Shown here: in pieces, positions 1-11,222 of the stretch
Layout: each line of letters starts with the position of its first letter
How positions within the stretch are numbered: position 1 is the first letter of the stretch
DNA from: Chiloscyllium plagiosum
Lineage: Eukaryota
Assembly (NCBI RefSeq): GCF_004010195.1
Contig: NC_057728.1
Location: forward strand, 6,789,988-6,853,987
DNA: 64,000 bases
Direction of reading: 5' to 3'
The notes under the pieces: generated by a model
Databases searched by the model: none
What the model was told of the DNA's origin: nothing
The model's input: only the letters and a program-made list of their open reading frames with translations
Position numbers and translations under genes: made by a program

Positions 1-632
1 AAACTGCAGGAGCCATTGCCCCAAGAAACTGACAAGCTGGCCTTCCTCCTCCCGTTCAGGGAGCCCCACTAGATCTTCCGACGACCTCGATTATCGAGGT
101 CATTGACCTGCTCCTCCAAGGCCATACCCACCGTCCCAGGGCATGGACCTGACCCGCCGAGGATTCCGCCGTGGTTTCGGGTGGCCGCAGCCCATCGCTC
201 CACCTCCACACATGCTGTCTGAGACGCTGGATGTCCTGGTCATGCCTCTGCAGCATGACCGAGATCGGTTTCAGGCCTGGCCTGGGTCTCCTCCATCGAC
301 GATTCAATCTTCTCTCAGAGTTTCACAAACTCTTGAGTTCAGGCTCTGCTCTGTCGGTAAGTCCCCTGGGACAATCGCAGAGGCCGACGTTGTGGCCATG
401 GGCACATCCGTTATTGAAGTGGGGGGGCCCTCTATGCTGTGATCCTCGTGTTCCCTTCCCTTTGGTCATTTTCCTAATAATTTTAAACTAACACTGGACA
501 TTCCAAGTAGTCAAAAAATAATTATGTCTATCACATTAGATAATAAAGGGAGGCTGAGTGCCCCACCTTGTCTGGGTTCTATTGCAGAGCTCAGCAGGAC
601 AGACATACTGGGTCGCCGCCATCTTGAATCCC
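1..632 (-). mobile_element. 5' end of a decayed L1-clade LINE (5'UTR plus frameshifted ORF1 N-terminus)
   Basis: Minus strand begins GGATTCAAGATGGCGGCGACCC (YY1-type CAAGATGGCG motif typical of L1 5' ends). An ORF1-like start MTKGKGTRGSQ (~469) is followed by coiled-coil-like sequence and DLDNRGRRK..VG, resembling the L1 ORF1p E-N-R-x-R-R-x-N-L-R-I-x-G motif. Confidence 0.65.
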
Positions 633-1082
633 TCCAGAGCCTTTTTTCTTAAGTCTGCACTTGCTGACACCAAGGAGCAAGTGCACCTGCCTTTATGTGA
701 ATGTCTGGACAAGCACTATTCCATCAACGGTCTGCCGGATAACAATTAGCTAGAGACAAAAAAGAATGCAGACGCTGGAATCTAAGGTAGACAAGCAGGA
801 GGCTGGAAGAACACAGCAAGCCAGGCATTCCTGATGCTGCCTGGCTTGCTGTGTTCTTCCAGATAAAAGTTAGCAGCAAATGGTGGTTTAATTTATTTCT
901 CTTTAGAGAAAGAGTACAGTCAATAGTATGGGCACACACTCATTGCTGTGGCAAATCAGTAATGTGCAAATTCACACAGGTAAAAGAGGTCAATCATATT
1001 ATTAACCACTTTACAGAAAGTGTCTGGAGCAGGTTAGTCATACTAAATAATACAAATGAATGAGGCTATTCTAATGAACCAG

Positions 1083-1285
1083 GTTAAAAATCACACAACA
1101 CCAGGTTATAGTCCAACCGGTTTAATTGGAAGCACACTAGCTCTAGGAGCGATGCTCCTTCATCAGGTGATTGTGATCGTTCCGAAAGCTAGTGTGCTTC
1201 CAATTAAACCTGTTGGACTATAACCTGGTGTTGTGTGATTTTTAACTTTGTACACCCCAGTCCAACGCCGGCATTTCCAAATCAT
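1083..1285. mobile_element. Short fold-back Penelope-like element terminus
   Basis: ~60-bp inverted arms at ~1083-1142 and ~1187-1246 (gttaaaaatcacacaacaccaggttatagtcc...). Contains partial CTGATGA...GAAAGCTA hammerhead remnants. The same family occurs at ~26528-26780 and ~32247-32363. Confidence 0.65.
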
Positions 1286-1517
1286 AAATGAACCAGTATA
1301 TTGTTGTCATACTGTGTTCATAGAAATAATCTGTTAAACAAAATACAATTTTTAATTGTAATCACGATAATTTTAGTTCAATATTGTACATGTGCATGTA
1401 CAGTCAGCAAAAATTACAGGACTTGGGTCTCAGCAATCTCATCCTCCTTTTAACTATATCATTTTAAATTGGCATTCCCTATCTCTCTCATCCTGTTATC
1501 TTTGCGATTATACCTTA

Positions 1518-2520
1518 ATGACGACTGACTTGACACTGACATTTTTTACAAACCCACCGACTCCCACAGCTACCTGGATTATACCTCTTCCCACCCTACC
1601 TCTTGCAAAAATGCCATCCCGTATTCCCAATTCCTCCGCCTCTGCCGTATCTGCTCCCAGGAGGACCAGTTCCACCACAGAACACACCAGATGGCCTCCT
1701 CCTTTAGAGAACGCAATTTCCCTTCCCACATGGTTAAAGATGCCCTCCAACGCATCTCGTCNNNNNNNNNNNNNNNNNNNNNNNNNNNNNNNNNNNNNNN
1801 NNNNNNNNNNNNNNNNNNNNNNNNNNNNNNNNNNNNNNNNNNNNNNNNNNNNNNNNNNNNNNNNNNNNNNNNNNNNNNNNNNNNNNNNNNNNNNNNNNNN
1901 NNNNNNNNNNNNNNNNNNNNNNNNNNNNNNNNNNNNNNNNNNNNNNNNNNNNNNNNNNNNNNNNNNNNNNNNNNNNNNNNNNNNNNNNNNNNNNNNNNNN
2001 NNNNNNNNNNNNNNNNNNNNNNNNNNNNNNNNNNNNNNNNNNNNNNNNNNNNNNNNNNNNNNNNNNNNNNNNNNNNNNNNNNNNNNNNNNNNNNNNNNNN
2101 NNNNNNNNNNNNNNNNNNNNNNNNNNNNNNNNNNNNNNNNNNNNNNNNNNNNNNNNNNNNNNNNNNNNNNNNNNNNNNNNNNNNNNNNNNNNNNNNNNNN
2201 NNNNNNNNNNNNNNNNNNNNNNNNNNNNNNNNNNNNNNNNNNNNNNNNNNNNNNNNNNNNNNNNNNNNNNNNNNNNNNNNNNNNNNNNNNNNNNNNNNNN
2301 NNNNNNNNNNNNNNNNTACTCTATGCTACTTTCTCCCCACCCCCACCCTCCTCTAGCTTATCTCTCCACACTTCAGGCTCACTGCCTTTATTCCTGATGA
2401 AGGGCTTTTGCCCAAAATGCGATTTCGCTGCTCCTTGGATGCTGCCTGAACTGCTGTGCTCTTCCAGCACCACTAATCCAGAATCTGGTTTCCAGCATCT
2501 GCAGTCATTGTTTTTACCTC
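1518..2520 (+). mobile_element. Penelope-like retroelement fragment spanning an N gap
   Basis: Left part matches the PLE RT C-terminal region (KPTDSHSYLDYTSSHP-like). Right part is the PLE 3' terminus with a degenerate hammerhead (cctgatgaagggcttttgcccaaaa). Confidence 0.75.
1762..2315. other. Assembly gap
   Basis: Run of N. Confidence 1.
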
Positions 2521-4238
2521 CCTTCTTCGTTCTCCGTCTGTTCGCCCACATGGAGAAAGGGGAGAAAGAAAGGGCGGGGTTCAGTTCCCAGGCTCTGGTT
2601 ATCAGTGGCTGCCCTGCACATAACAGCTTTTTAACCAACTCTAGCTGAACCAATCAGAAGTCTGTCATCAGGCAGACTCCTTACCCCAAAGATGCTTGGT
2701 ACCACTCTGTCTCCCCATATGCACCATTCAAAATGGGCAGCATATAATCCCACTTTTTTTAAACTTGTAAAAATCTCCTGGTATTGTAGAAATGTACCAA
2801 CTTATATTTTCCAGCTTATAGTCCAAGAAGTGTATGTTATATAGTCCCTTACAATATTTAGGAGAGATTGGAGGGAGTACTGGATATCTGGAAAATGCAG
2901 ATATTATCATCCCGCGAGATGCAATTTGTATTCTCTGATTGCCCTGAATTGTCTTGCTAGGACCATTTCAGAGAGCGAGTTAAGAGTCAACCATATCGTT
3001 TGAGTCTGGAATCACATGGAGGACAGATCAGTAAGGAATAGATTCCTTCCCTAAGGGACATTAGTGAATCAGATGGGTTTTCAAAACAATCGACAATGGT
3101 TATCCTGCTTATGAATTGTACCTCAACGTGGCCAATTGATTTACAAGTGAAAGGACTCTAAGGGTGAGTGATGTTGGTTGAGTGATTAACTCGTGGCCAA
3201 TAATACTGGAAGATCTCCCCTTCACGTCTTCAAATAGTGTCATGCGGTCTTTTATGATTGCCTGAAAAGGTATGTTTAGCATTTCATCTGACTCCTATCA
3301 CCATGACTACACTTGGCAACATCTGTATTGCAACCCTTTTTGAAAAGGTTCTTGCGAACATGGGGAAGAAACTTTCATGCAATATGAAGTTGTCCTGAAC
3401 AGATCCTGACAGTGAGCCAAGTGGCTAGAAATAAACCAGCAATGAAAATGCAGCACTCCCTCATTACTGATCACTGAGGAGAGATCGTACCTAAAAGGAA
3501 CCTGGGTAGACTAAAATTGATAACTCAAGTATTGATGAGTTTTGAGAAGATTCGTAGTTCAGGTTGAGGTTCTTGATGTAGCTGAGCTGGAAGGTTCATT
3601 TTCAGACATTTCGTCACCATACAAGGTAACATCTTCAGTGAGCCTCTGGATGAAGCGCTGGTGGCACGATCTGCTTTCTATTTATGTGTTTAGGTTTCCT
3701 TGGGTTGGTGGTGTCATTTCATGTTGTGATGTCATTGGGTTGGTGATGTCATTTCTGGTTGTGATGTCATTTTCTGTTCTTTTTCTCAGTGAGTGGTAAA
3801 TGGGGTCCAAGTCAATGTATTTATTGATAGAGTTCTAGTTGGAATGCCATGTTTCTAGGAATTCTCGTATGTGTCTCTGTTCGGCTTATCCTAGGAGGGA
3901 TGTGTTGTCCCAGTTGAAGGGGTGTCCTTCCTCATCTGTTTGTAAGGATACTAGTGAGAGTGGGTCATGTCTTTTTGTGGCTAGTTGATGTTCATGTATC
4001 CTGGTGGCTAGTTTTCTGCCTATTTGTCCAATGTAGTGTTTGTTACAGTTCGTGCAAGGTATTTTGTAAGAGACATTAGTTTTGCTTGTTGTCTGTATAG
4101 GGTCTTTCAAGTGCATTAGCTGAAGTTTTAGTGTGTTGGTGGGTTTGTGGGCTGCCATGTTGCATGATGCCATGAGGTCTGAGTGGTCCTACATCAAAGA
4201 CATCTTGGGAATGAGTGCCAGACTACTCAGACCTCTTG

Positions 4239-5320
4239 AGGAGAAAGTGAGGTCTGCAGATGCTGGAGATCAGAGCTGAAAATGTGTTGCTGGAACAGCT
4301 CAGCAGGTCAGACAGCATCCAGGGAACAGGAGAATCAACGTTTCGGGCATAAGCCCTTCTTCAGGAATGAGGAAAGTGTGTCCAGCAGGCTAAGATAAAA
4401 GGTAGGGAGGAGGGACTTGGGGGAGGGGCGTCGGAAATGTGATAGGTGGAAAGAGGTCAAGGTGAGGGTGATAGGTCAGACGGGGGTGGGGGNNNNNNNN
4501 NNNNNNNNNNNNNNNNNNNNNNNNNNNNNNNNNNNNNNNNNNNNNNNNNNNNNNNNNNGTGCAGAGGGTGCAATAGATGATGTGTGTGGGGGTGCAGGTG
4601 AATCTGTGGTGGATATGGGAGTTTCCTTTGGGGCCTTGGAGGGAGGTGAGGGGGGAGGTGTGGGCGCAAGTCTTGCACCTCCTGCGGTTGCAGGGGAAGG
4701 TGCCGGGAGTGGAGGTTGGGTTGGTGGGGGGTGTGGATCTGTCGAGGGAGTCACGGTGGGAGTGGTCTTTACGGAATGCTGATAGGGGAGGGGAGGGAAA
4801 TATATCCTTGGTGGTGGGGTCCGTTTGGAGGTAGCGGAAATGACGGCGGATGATACGCTGTACATGGAGATTGGTGGGGTGGTAGGTGAGGACCAGTGGG
4901 GTTCTGTCCTGGTGGCGGTTGGAGGGGCGGGGCTCAAGGGCAGAGGAGCGGGAAGTGGAAGAGATGCGGTGGAGGGCATCGTCGACCACCTCGGGGGGAA
5001 AATTGCGGTCCCTTGGAGAAGGAGGCCATCTGGGTTGTACGTTTTTGGAACTGGTCCTCCTGGGAGCACCGCCTTCCTAACCTGCAATCTTCTTCCTGAC
5101 CTCTCCGCCCCCACCCCAGTCTGACCTATCACCCTCACCTTGACCTCTTTCCACCTATCGCATTTCCAACACCCCTCCCCCAAGTCCTCCTCCCTACCTT
5201 TTATCTTAGCCTGCTGGACACACTTACCTCATTCCTGAAGAAGGGCTTATACCCGAAACGTCGATTCTCCTGTTCCCTGGATGCTGCCTGACCTGCTGCG
5301 CTGTTCCAGCAACATATTTT
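4239..5320 (-). mobile_element. Nested Penelope-like element with inverted termini and 16-bp target-site duplication
   Basis: TSD ctactcagacctcttg at 4223-4238 and 5321-5336. Inverted arms ~4279-4492 / ~5107-5320. ORF 4390-4989 has the PLE linker (RTPLVLTYHP...FPCNRRRCKTC...FTC..THIIYC). Confidence 0.85.
4493..4558. other. Assembly gap
   Basis: Run of N. Confidence 1.
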
Positions 5321-5839
5321 CTACTCAGACCTCTTGGCATTCCAACCGGAACTCTATCAACAAACACTTTGACTTGGATCTCATTTACCACTCCATGAGA
5401 AAAGAATGGGAAATGATGTCACCAACTCGAGGAAACCTAAACACATAAATAGAAAGCGGGCCATGCCATCAGTGCTTCATCCGGAGGCTCACTGATAATG
5501 TTACTTAGTATGGTGATGAAATGTCTGAAAATGAACCTTCCAGCCCAGCAAGCAAACCTACATCCAAAGGTTGATGCTTAAATTTAATAGTCAATAAGTG
5601 TGGGGCTAGAACAGCAAAGCTGGCCAGGCAGCATCTGAGGAGCAGGAGAGTCGACGTTTTGAGCATAAGCTCCTCATCTTTCCTAATGAAGGGTTTATGC
5701 TCGAAATGTTGACTCTCCTGCTCCTCGGATGCTGCCTGACCGGCTGTGCTTTCCCAGCACCACATTTTTTGTCTCTGACCTCCAGCAACTGCGGTCCTCA
5801 TTTTCTCCCGCTTAAATTTAGTAGATTTTTTTTTGTTTG

Positions 5840-6180
5840 TTCACAGGATGTGAGTGTCACCAGAAAAGCATTTGTTGCCCATCCCTAAATGCCCTAGATC
5901 TTAGTGACTTCCCAACTCTATTGCAGAGGGTAGTTAATTGCAATGGATCTGAAGTCACGCATAGACCAGGCACGGACAGCAGATTTTCTTCTCTAAAGGA
6001 CTTGAATGAATCTGATGGATTTTTATAACATTAGGTTAGCTTTTTAATTCCAGATTTTTTTTTTAAATGAATTCAAATTTCACCATCTGCCATGGTAAAA
6101 TTTGAAGCTATGTCCCCAAGGCATTAACTTGGAGTCCTCGGTTACTAGTCTAATGATATTCCCACAATGCCACAGCCTCT
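5840..6180 (-). mobile_element. SINE-like repeat, second family; related copies at ~2930-3100 (-) and ~34800-35105 (+)
   Basis: The copies are similar to one another (ccatggcagatggtgaaatttgaattc...; aaaacccatctgattcactaatgtcc...). A B-box-like ggttcaaatcc is present in the 34.8 kb copy. Confidence 0.55.
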
Positions 6181-7654
6181 CCTCCAAGTTATGTGTCAAA
6201 AATGATCCAACCTGTTAGCTTCTGCTGGATGTGTGATATCCGGAACGACCTCTGCCATCTCCAATAGCAGGTGGTTGAAACAGGGTCCACTAGCACCACA
6301 CACTGACGATACAGACACATAACACAGTGACATTGCTCCACACTAATCACATAAATCATGATACACTGTCGACTGCAATAGACTCCGACTGAATAGTGTG
6401 TGAGGCATAAGACTGCTAATGGATGAGAAAAGTTTCTTATCGCCATACCAACAGAATCCACTTGGCAACATTAAACTGCAAGCCATCGCAATGTACTTAA
6501 AAAAAACACTGCTGCTACCATGGGGAGGGGACTTGGATGAAAAATGAAGATGGCGTTTGCACAATGTATTAATTTTTTTAAATCAGTAAAATATCATGAA
6601 CACAGCCAACTAGTTTGGGATTAAGACCCTTGTATTCATAGGGTCTCTTTTAGGCTGAAGAAAGTTTCCAAAGTAATCCACAGAGACAGAAAAATGAATG
6701 TCAGTCATGGTAGCTTCGAAAAATGCTCAATCAATGATGAGGGTTTTAAGGAGGGATTTAAAGGAGGAGAATAGATAGAGGGGCATTTTTGGAAATTCCA
6801 GACTGTGAGGAGACAACTGAGGGTTTAGCTACCGATGGTGAACGAAAGCAGAGGAGATGGAGAGTTCAGAAAGTGGTGTGTATGGAATGAGCTGCCAGAG
6901 AAGGTGCTGCAGGCTGGTATAATGACAACATTTAAAAGGCATCTGGATAGGTAAATGAATAGGAAGGTTTCGAGGAATATGGGCCAAGTGCTGGCAAATG
7001 AGACTAGATTAGCTTCATGGAGGCAGTTTTCCTGAAGTAGCCCAGGACGCCGTGGCAACCAGTGACTCATTGACCCAAAGACAAGTTCAGGGGTAAGGAA
7101 GACAGCACCAACCCTAACTCCCCTCAAGTCCACCAATGCCCATGAACTCTCTGGAGATTACCCCCTCCGATTTCCCCCTTCAACATTTTATATCTGTGGA
7201 ACATTGGGCTTAGTCACTTGATCTTTTAAAGGGAATCAGGCTTATTGAGAAGGGGAATTGTGAGTTATGAATAGATGAGCCTTGCTGCTTACTTTTGATT
7301 CCAGGGAAGCATGATTCCTGAGAATGAGTGAGTGGTGTGGCTACAGTTCACTTCTGTTGCTGTAGTGACATGTGCATATGTACATGCATAATGTGGTCTG
7401 GACAGTAGAGGCCCCAATTTCCTCTCCAAGACACGTGGACCCAAAATCTCTCCTTTTCTTACTGCCTGCTGTTGTCGTGTGTTGGAAGGGTTTGCAAGTT
7501 GAGACACACCCTGTTTTCTAGTGGTATGGTTACTGTTTCCTTGACCATCCAGCTCTGCAGGTGAGACTTGAGATGGGAGCTTCTGTTTCTGAGGCAGACA
7601 CACTACACACTGCATGACTAGGCATTCATCGTGCTACAAGACGGCAGTTTAAAT

Positions 7655-7947
7655 TAGATTACCTACAGTATGGAAACAGGCCCTTCAGCCCAACAGGTCC
7701 ACACCGACCCTTCGAATAGTAGCCCACCCAGACCCATTCCCCTACCCTATACTTACCCCTGACTAATGCACCTAACACTATGGGCAACTTAGCATGGCCA
7801 ATTTGCCTGATCTGCACATCTTTGGATTGTGGGAGGAAACCGGCGTACCCGGAAGAAACCCACACAGACAGTCACCTGAGGTGGGAATCGAACCCAGGTC
7901 CCTGGCGCTGAGAGGTAGTAGTGCTAACCACTGAGCCACCATGCCGC
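7655..7947 (-). mobile_element. HE1-type V-SINE (internally deleted)
   Basis: tRNA-like head (ggcatggtggctcagtggttagcact...ggttcgattccc), partial V-domain (gggtttcttccgggtacgccggtttcctcccaca) and CR1-like tail (gggcctgtttccatactgtagg). Confidence 0.85.
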
Positions 7948-7963
7948 TCTTCCAAAAGAATTA

Positions 7964-8488
7964 CAGAGGAACCTCAATTATCCAAACGAGATGGGCGGGC
8001 ACTATTTCGTTCGGACACTGCCAACACTGCCCACCCCCAACATCACCCCCAACACCACCCCCGCCTGTACCCACCCCCCACCCCCCATGCGACCCCTGTC
8101 CACCCCCAACACCTTTCTCCAGCGCCCCCCCAACCCCTCTCTGGGGCAGCCGGACTGGACACCAACAACAAGACTGCTGCTACTACTGCCTTTTGGGGGT
8201 GAGAGATTATCTGGGGAAGGGGGGGTTTAGGGTACACACCTGTGTAGAACTCCAGGAAAGTGTAGGAAGAGAGAGAGAGGTGGGGTGAGAGGTCAGTCAT
8301 TTAGAGACGGTGCCTGCACTCCCGTCAGTCCAGGACTGTTTTCGGCAGCACTTTTAATCACTGTAAACAAAAGACACGATCAGTGTTGGACACCCATCTT
8401 TGATGTAATGTTTCTGTCGGGACCTCGAGATCTCCTTTGGATAATCAGATTTTCGGATATTGATATTCGGATAATCGAGGTTCCTCTG
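7964..8488. mobile_element. Non-autonomous Tc1/mariner-superfamily (Tigger/pogo-like) MITE
   Basis: Terminal inverted repeats CAGAGGAACCTCAATTATCC ... GGATAATCGAGGTTCCTCTG, flanked by TA at 7962-7963 and 8489-8490. Confidence 0.8.
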
Positions 8489-10292
8489 TATACATTAGCT
8501 TTGGGATGAAGAGAGCATCCTGAGCCCATTGATCTTTCCACTTTCCAGGCATTAAATTGCAAATGACATGACATGTTTCCCCAGCATTCCCTGTGATTCT
8601 TTCAGATTTCCAGCACCCACAGTATTTGTTTGAGATGCCAACATGTATTTGCACAGACAACGCGTCTAAGTAGCATGATAGTGTTGTTCTGAGGTGGATT
8701 TCAATATTGCACTTCACTCGTGTTTCAAAACCCCTGATAGCTACACTTCACCAGGGCTTGAAGTGAAGATTTAAAAAGGACCTGAGGGGTAAGTTTTTCA
8801 CGCAGAGGGTGGTATGTGGATGGAATGAGCTGCCCGAGGAAGTGTTGGAGGTGAGTACAATTGTAACATTTAAAAGGCACCTGGATGTGTATATGAATAA
8901 GAAGGGTTGAGAGGACGTTGGGCCAGATGCTGGCACATGGGACTCGGTCATTCTAGGACAATTTGGACCAAAGGGTTTATTTTCATGCTGTATGACTCTA
9001 TGATTTACAGGCTCCTTTCCCTGTTCACGACTGCACCATTTACAATTCTCGCAACAGATGGTCACTCTGGTGGTCCTGTATCTTTCGTTGAAAGGATGTC
9101 AGATAGTAAATAAAAGCAAATTATAAACTAAGGGGCTGAACAATACCTGTAGACAAGCTGAGTTTAGACCCTTTGAAAAGAATCACATTTAGGCTCATTC
9201 TGGTCCTTTGGGTCATGTAACGTTTCTTTCCAGAGGCCCCAAATACCATTGTCTACAGGTCCCCTTTCTAAACAAAGTGTTGGTTTGTTATGTCTCTTCA
9301 TTTCTTGGACCTCCAGATAAAGGACACCTGACCTGCATATCTTGAATAACTGGGGCAAGAGAATGAATCACTGGGGTATACCCCCCATCGGTTTCTAAAC
9401 TTTCAGCTAATTCTCAATAAATGCCAGTATATTAGTCACAATCCCCTGTGCTTTAAGTTTCCCCACTAACCTTTTATATATGGCACGTTATCAAAAGCCC
9501 TCTTGAAATCCAAATATACTACATTGTCAGGTTCTCCTTTACCTGTTCTACTAGTTCCATCCTCAAGCAACTCAAGATTATAAACTCATGCCGACCTTGT
9601 TAAATCCTTTCCAAGTAGATCCATCATTGTATGTCCAGCAGCAACAGCTCAGCCTGTGCAGTGGGAGATTTGTTGCCCTTGTCAGAACTTACATATAGCA
9701 GCCTTGTTGCCAATTATTGTCAAATCAAAAAGGTGCAGCACACAAAGAAACAAAGGCTTGACTGGTCCATAACACCTTTGTGATCTAAAGATATTCGAGC
9801 GATAGGAAGAAGTTGAATAGGCTGGGGCTTTTTTACTCTGGAGTATCAGAGTCTGAGGGGTGACCTTATAGAGATTTATAGTATCACAAGGGGCATGGAT
9901 AGGATGAAAAGTCAAGTTCTTTTTCCCAGGGTAAGGGAGTCAAAAACTAGAAGGCATAGGTTTAGGGTGAAAGGGGAAAGATTTATAAAGGACCTAAGGG
10001 GCAACATTTTCACACTGAGGGTAGTGCATGTGTGGAATGAGATGCCAGAGCACGTGGTGGAGTCTGCTACAATTACAGCATTTGAAAGGAATCTGAGTGG
10101 GTATATGAATAGGAAGGGTTTAGATGGATATGGGCCAAATGCTGGCAAATGAAACTGGATTAATTTAAGATATCTGGTCAGCATGGATGAGTAGGGCGGA
10201 AGGGTCTGTTTCTGTGGTGTACATCTCTATGACTCTAAGACCCAAAGTGCTTTAGTTTTGAAGTGTGGTGACTGTTACATAGTAGAAAATAT
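8201..10292 (+). repeat. Left arm of ~2.1 kb inverted duplication (partner 24278-26419)
   Basis: Near-identical reverse complement. ORF-track proteins at 9682, 9895 and 9912 are identical to those at 24655, 24418 and 24386. The arm runs into the N gap. Confidence 0.95.
9800..10237 (+). mobile_element. CR1/HER1 LINE 3' end (inside the duplication)
   Basis: Encodes LFPRVRESKTRRHRFRVKGERF...FTLRVVHVWN (CR1 ORF2 C-terminus) and ends in the ctatgactct tail. Confidence 0.85.
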
Positions 10293-10867
10293 NNNNNNNN
10301 NNNNNNNNNNNNNNNNNNNNNNNNNNNNNNNNNNNNNNNNNNNNNNNNNNNNNNNNNNNNNNNNNNNNNNNNNNNNNNNNNNNNNNNNNNNNNNNNNNNN
10401 NNNNNNNNNNNNNNNNNNNNNNNNNNNNNNNNNNNNNNNNNNNNNNNNNNNNNNNNNNNNNNNNNNNNNNNNNNNNNNNNNNNNNNNNNNNNNNNNNNNN
10501 NNNNNNNNNNNNNNNNNNNNNNNNNNNNNNNNNNNNNNNNNNNNNNNNNNNNNNNNNNNNNNNNNNNNNNNNNNNNNNNNNNNNNNNNNNNNNNNNNNNN
10601 NNNNNNNNNNNNNNNNNNNNNNNNNNNNNNNNNNNNNNNNNNNNNNNNNNNNNNNNNNNNNNNNNNNNNNNNNNNNNNNNNNNNNNNNNNNNNNNNNNNN
10701 NNNNNNNNNNNNNNNNNNNNNNNNNNNNNNNNNNNNNNNNNNNNNNNNNNNNNNNNNNNNNNNNNNNNNNNNNNNNNNNNNNNNNNNNNNNNNNNNNNNN
10801 NNNNNNNNNNNNNNNNNNNNNNNNNNNNNNNNNNNNNNNNNNNNNNNNNNNNNNNNNNNNNNNNNNN
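10293..10867. other. Assembly gap
   Basis: Run of N. Confidence 1.
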
Positions 10868-11222
10868 GACCAGCTATCCTTAGTAGCCACACACGCAGAT
10901 GACAAGCAACATGAGTTCGACTGGGACAACATTACTATTATAGGACAAGCTAAACAGAGAACAGCCAGGAAATTCCTAGAGGCATGGCACTCATCCACAG
11001 ATTCTATCAACAAACACATCGACCTGGACCCAATACATCGGTCATTGCAGCGGATAGCTGGAACTGAAAACCGGAAGCGACAGGTACAAACCACTATAAA
11101 TGCCGGAGGAAAGATCACAGAAGTGCTTCACAGGAGGCTCCCAAGCACTAAGGATGTCACCTAGACAGGGGATGAAACATCTGCAACACAAATTCCCAGC
11201 TCGGCGAACAGAACCACAACAA
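10868..11222 (+). mobile_element. Penelope-like element 3' end
   Basis: Encodes HEFDWDNITIIGQAKQRTARKFLEAWHS (GIY-YIG C-terminus), followed by a degenerate hammerhead at ~11147-11182. Confidence 0.8.

Larger units (their letters stand above)
3540..5570 (-). mobile_element. Penelope-like element (GIY-YIG endonuclease region) with inverted 3' copy, interrupted by a second PLE
   Basis: ORF 3886-4173 reads YKIPCTNCNKHYIGQIGRKLATRIHEH (GIY-YIG). ~5337-5570 is an inverted copy of ~3575-3848. Confidence 0.85.

Noticed and set aside
1392-2648. 418-aa ORF and other long X-containing ORFs (also 10252-11118)
   Set aside because: Artefacts of reading through N gaps.
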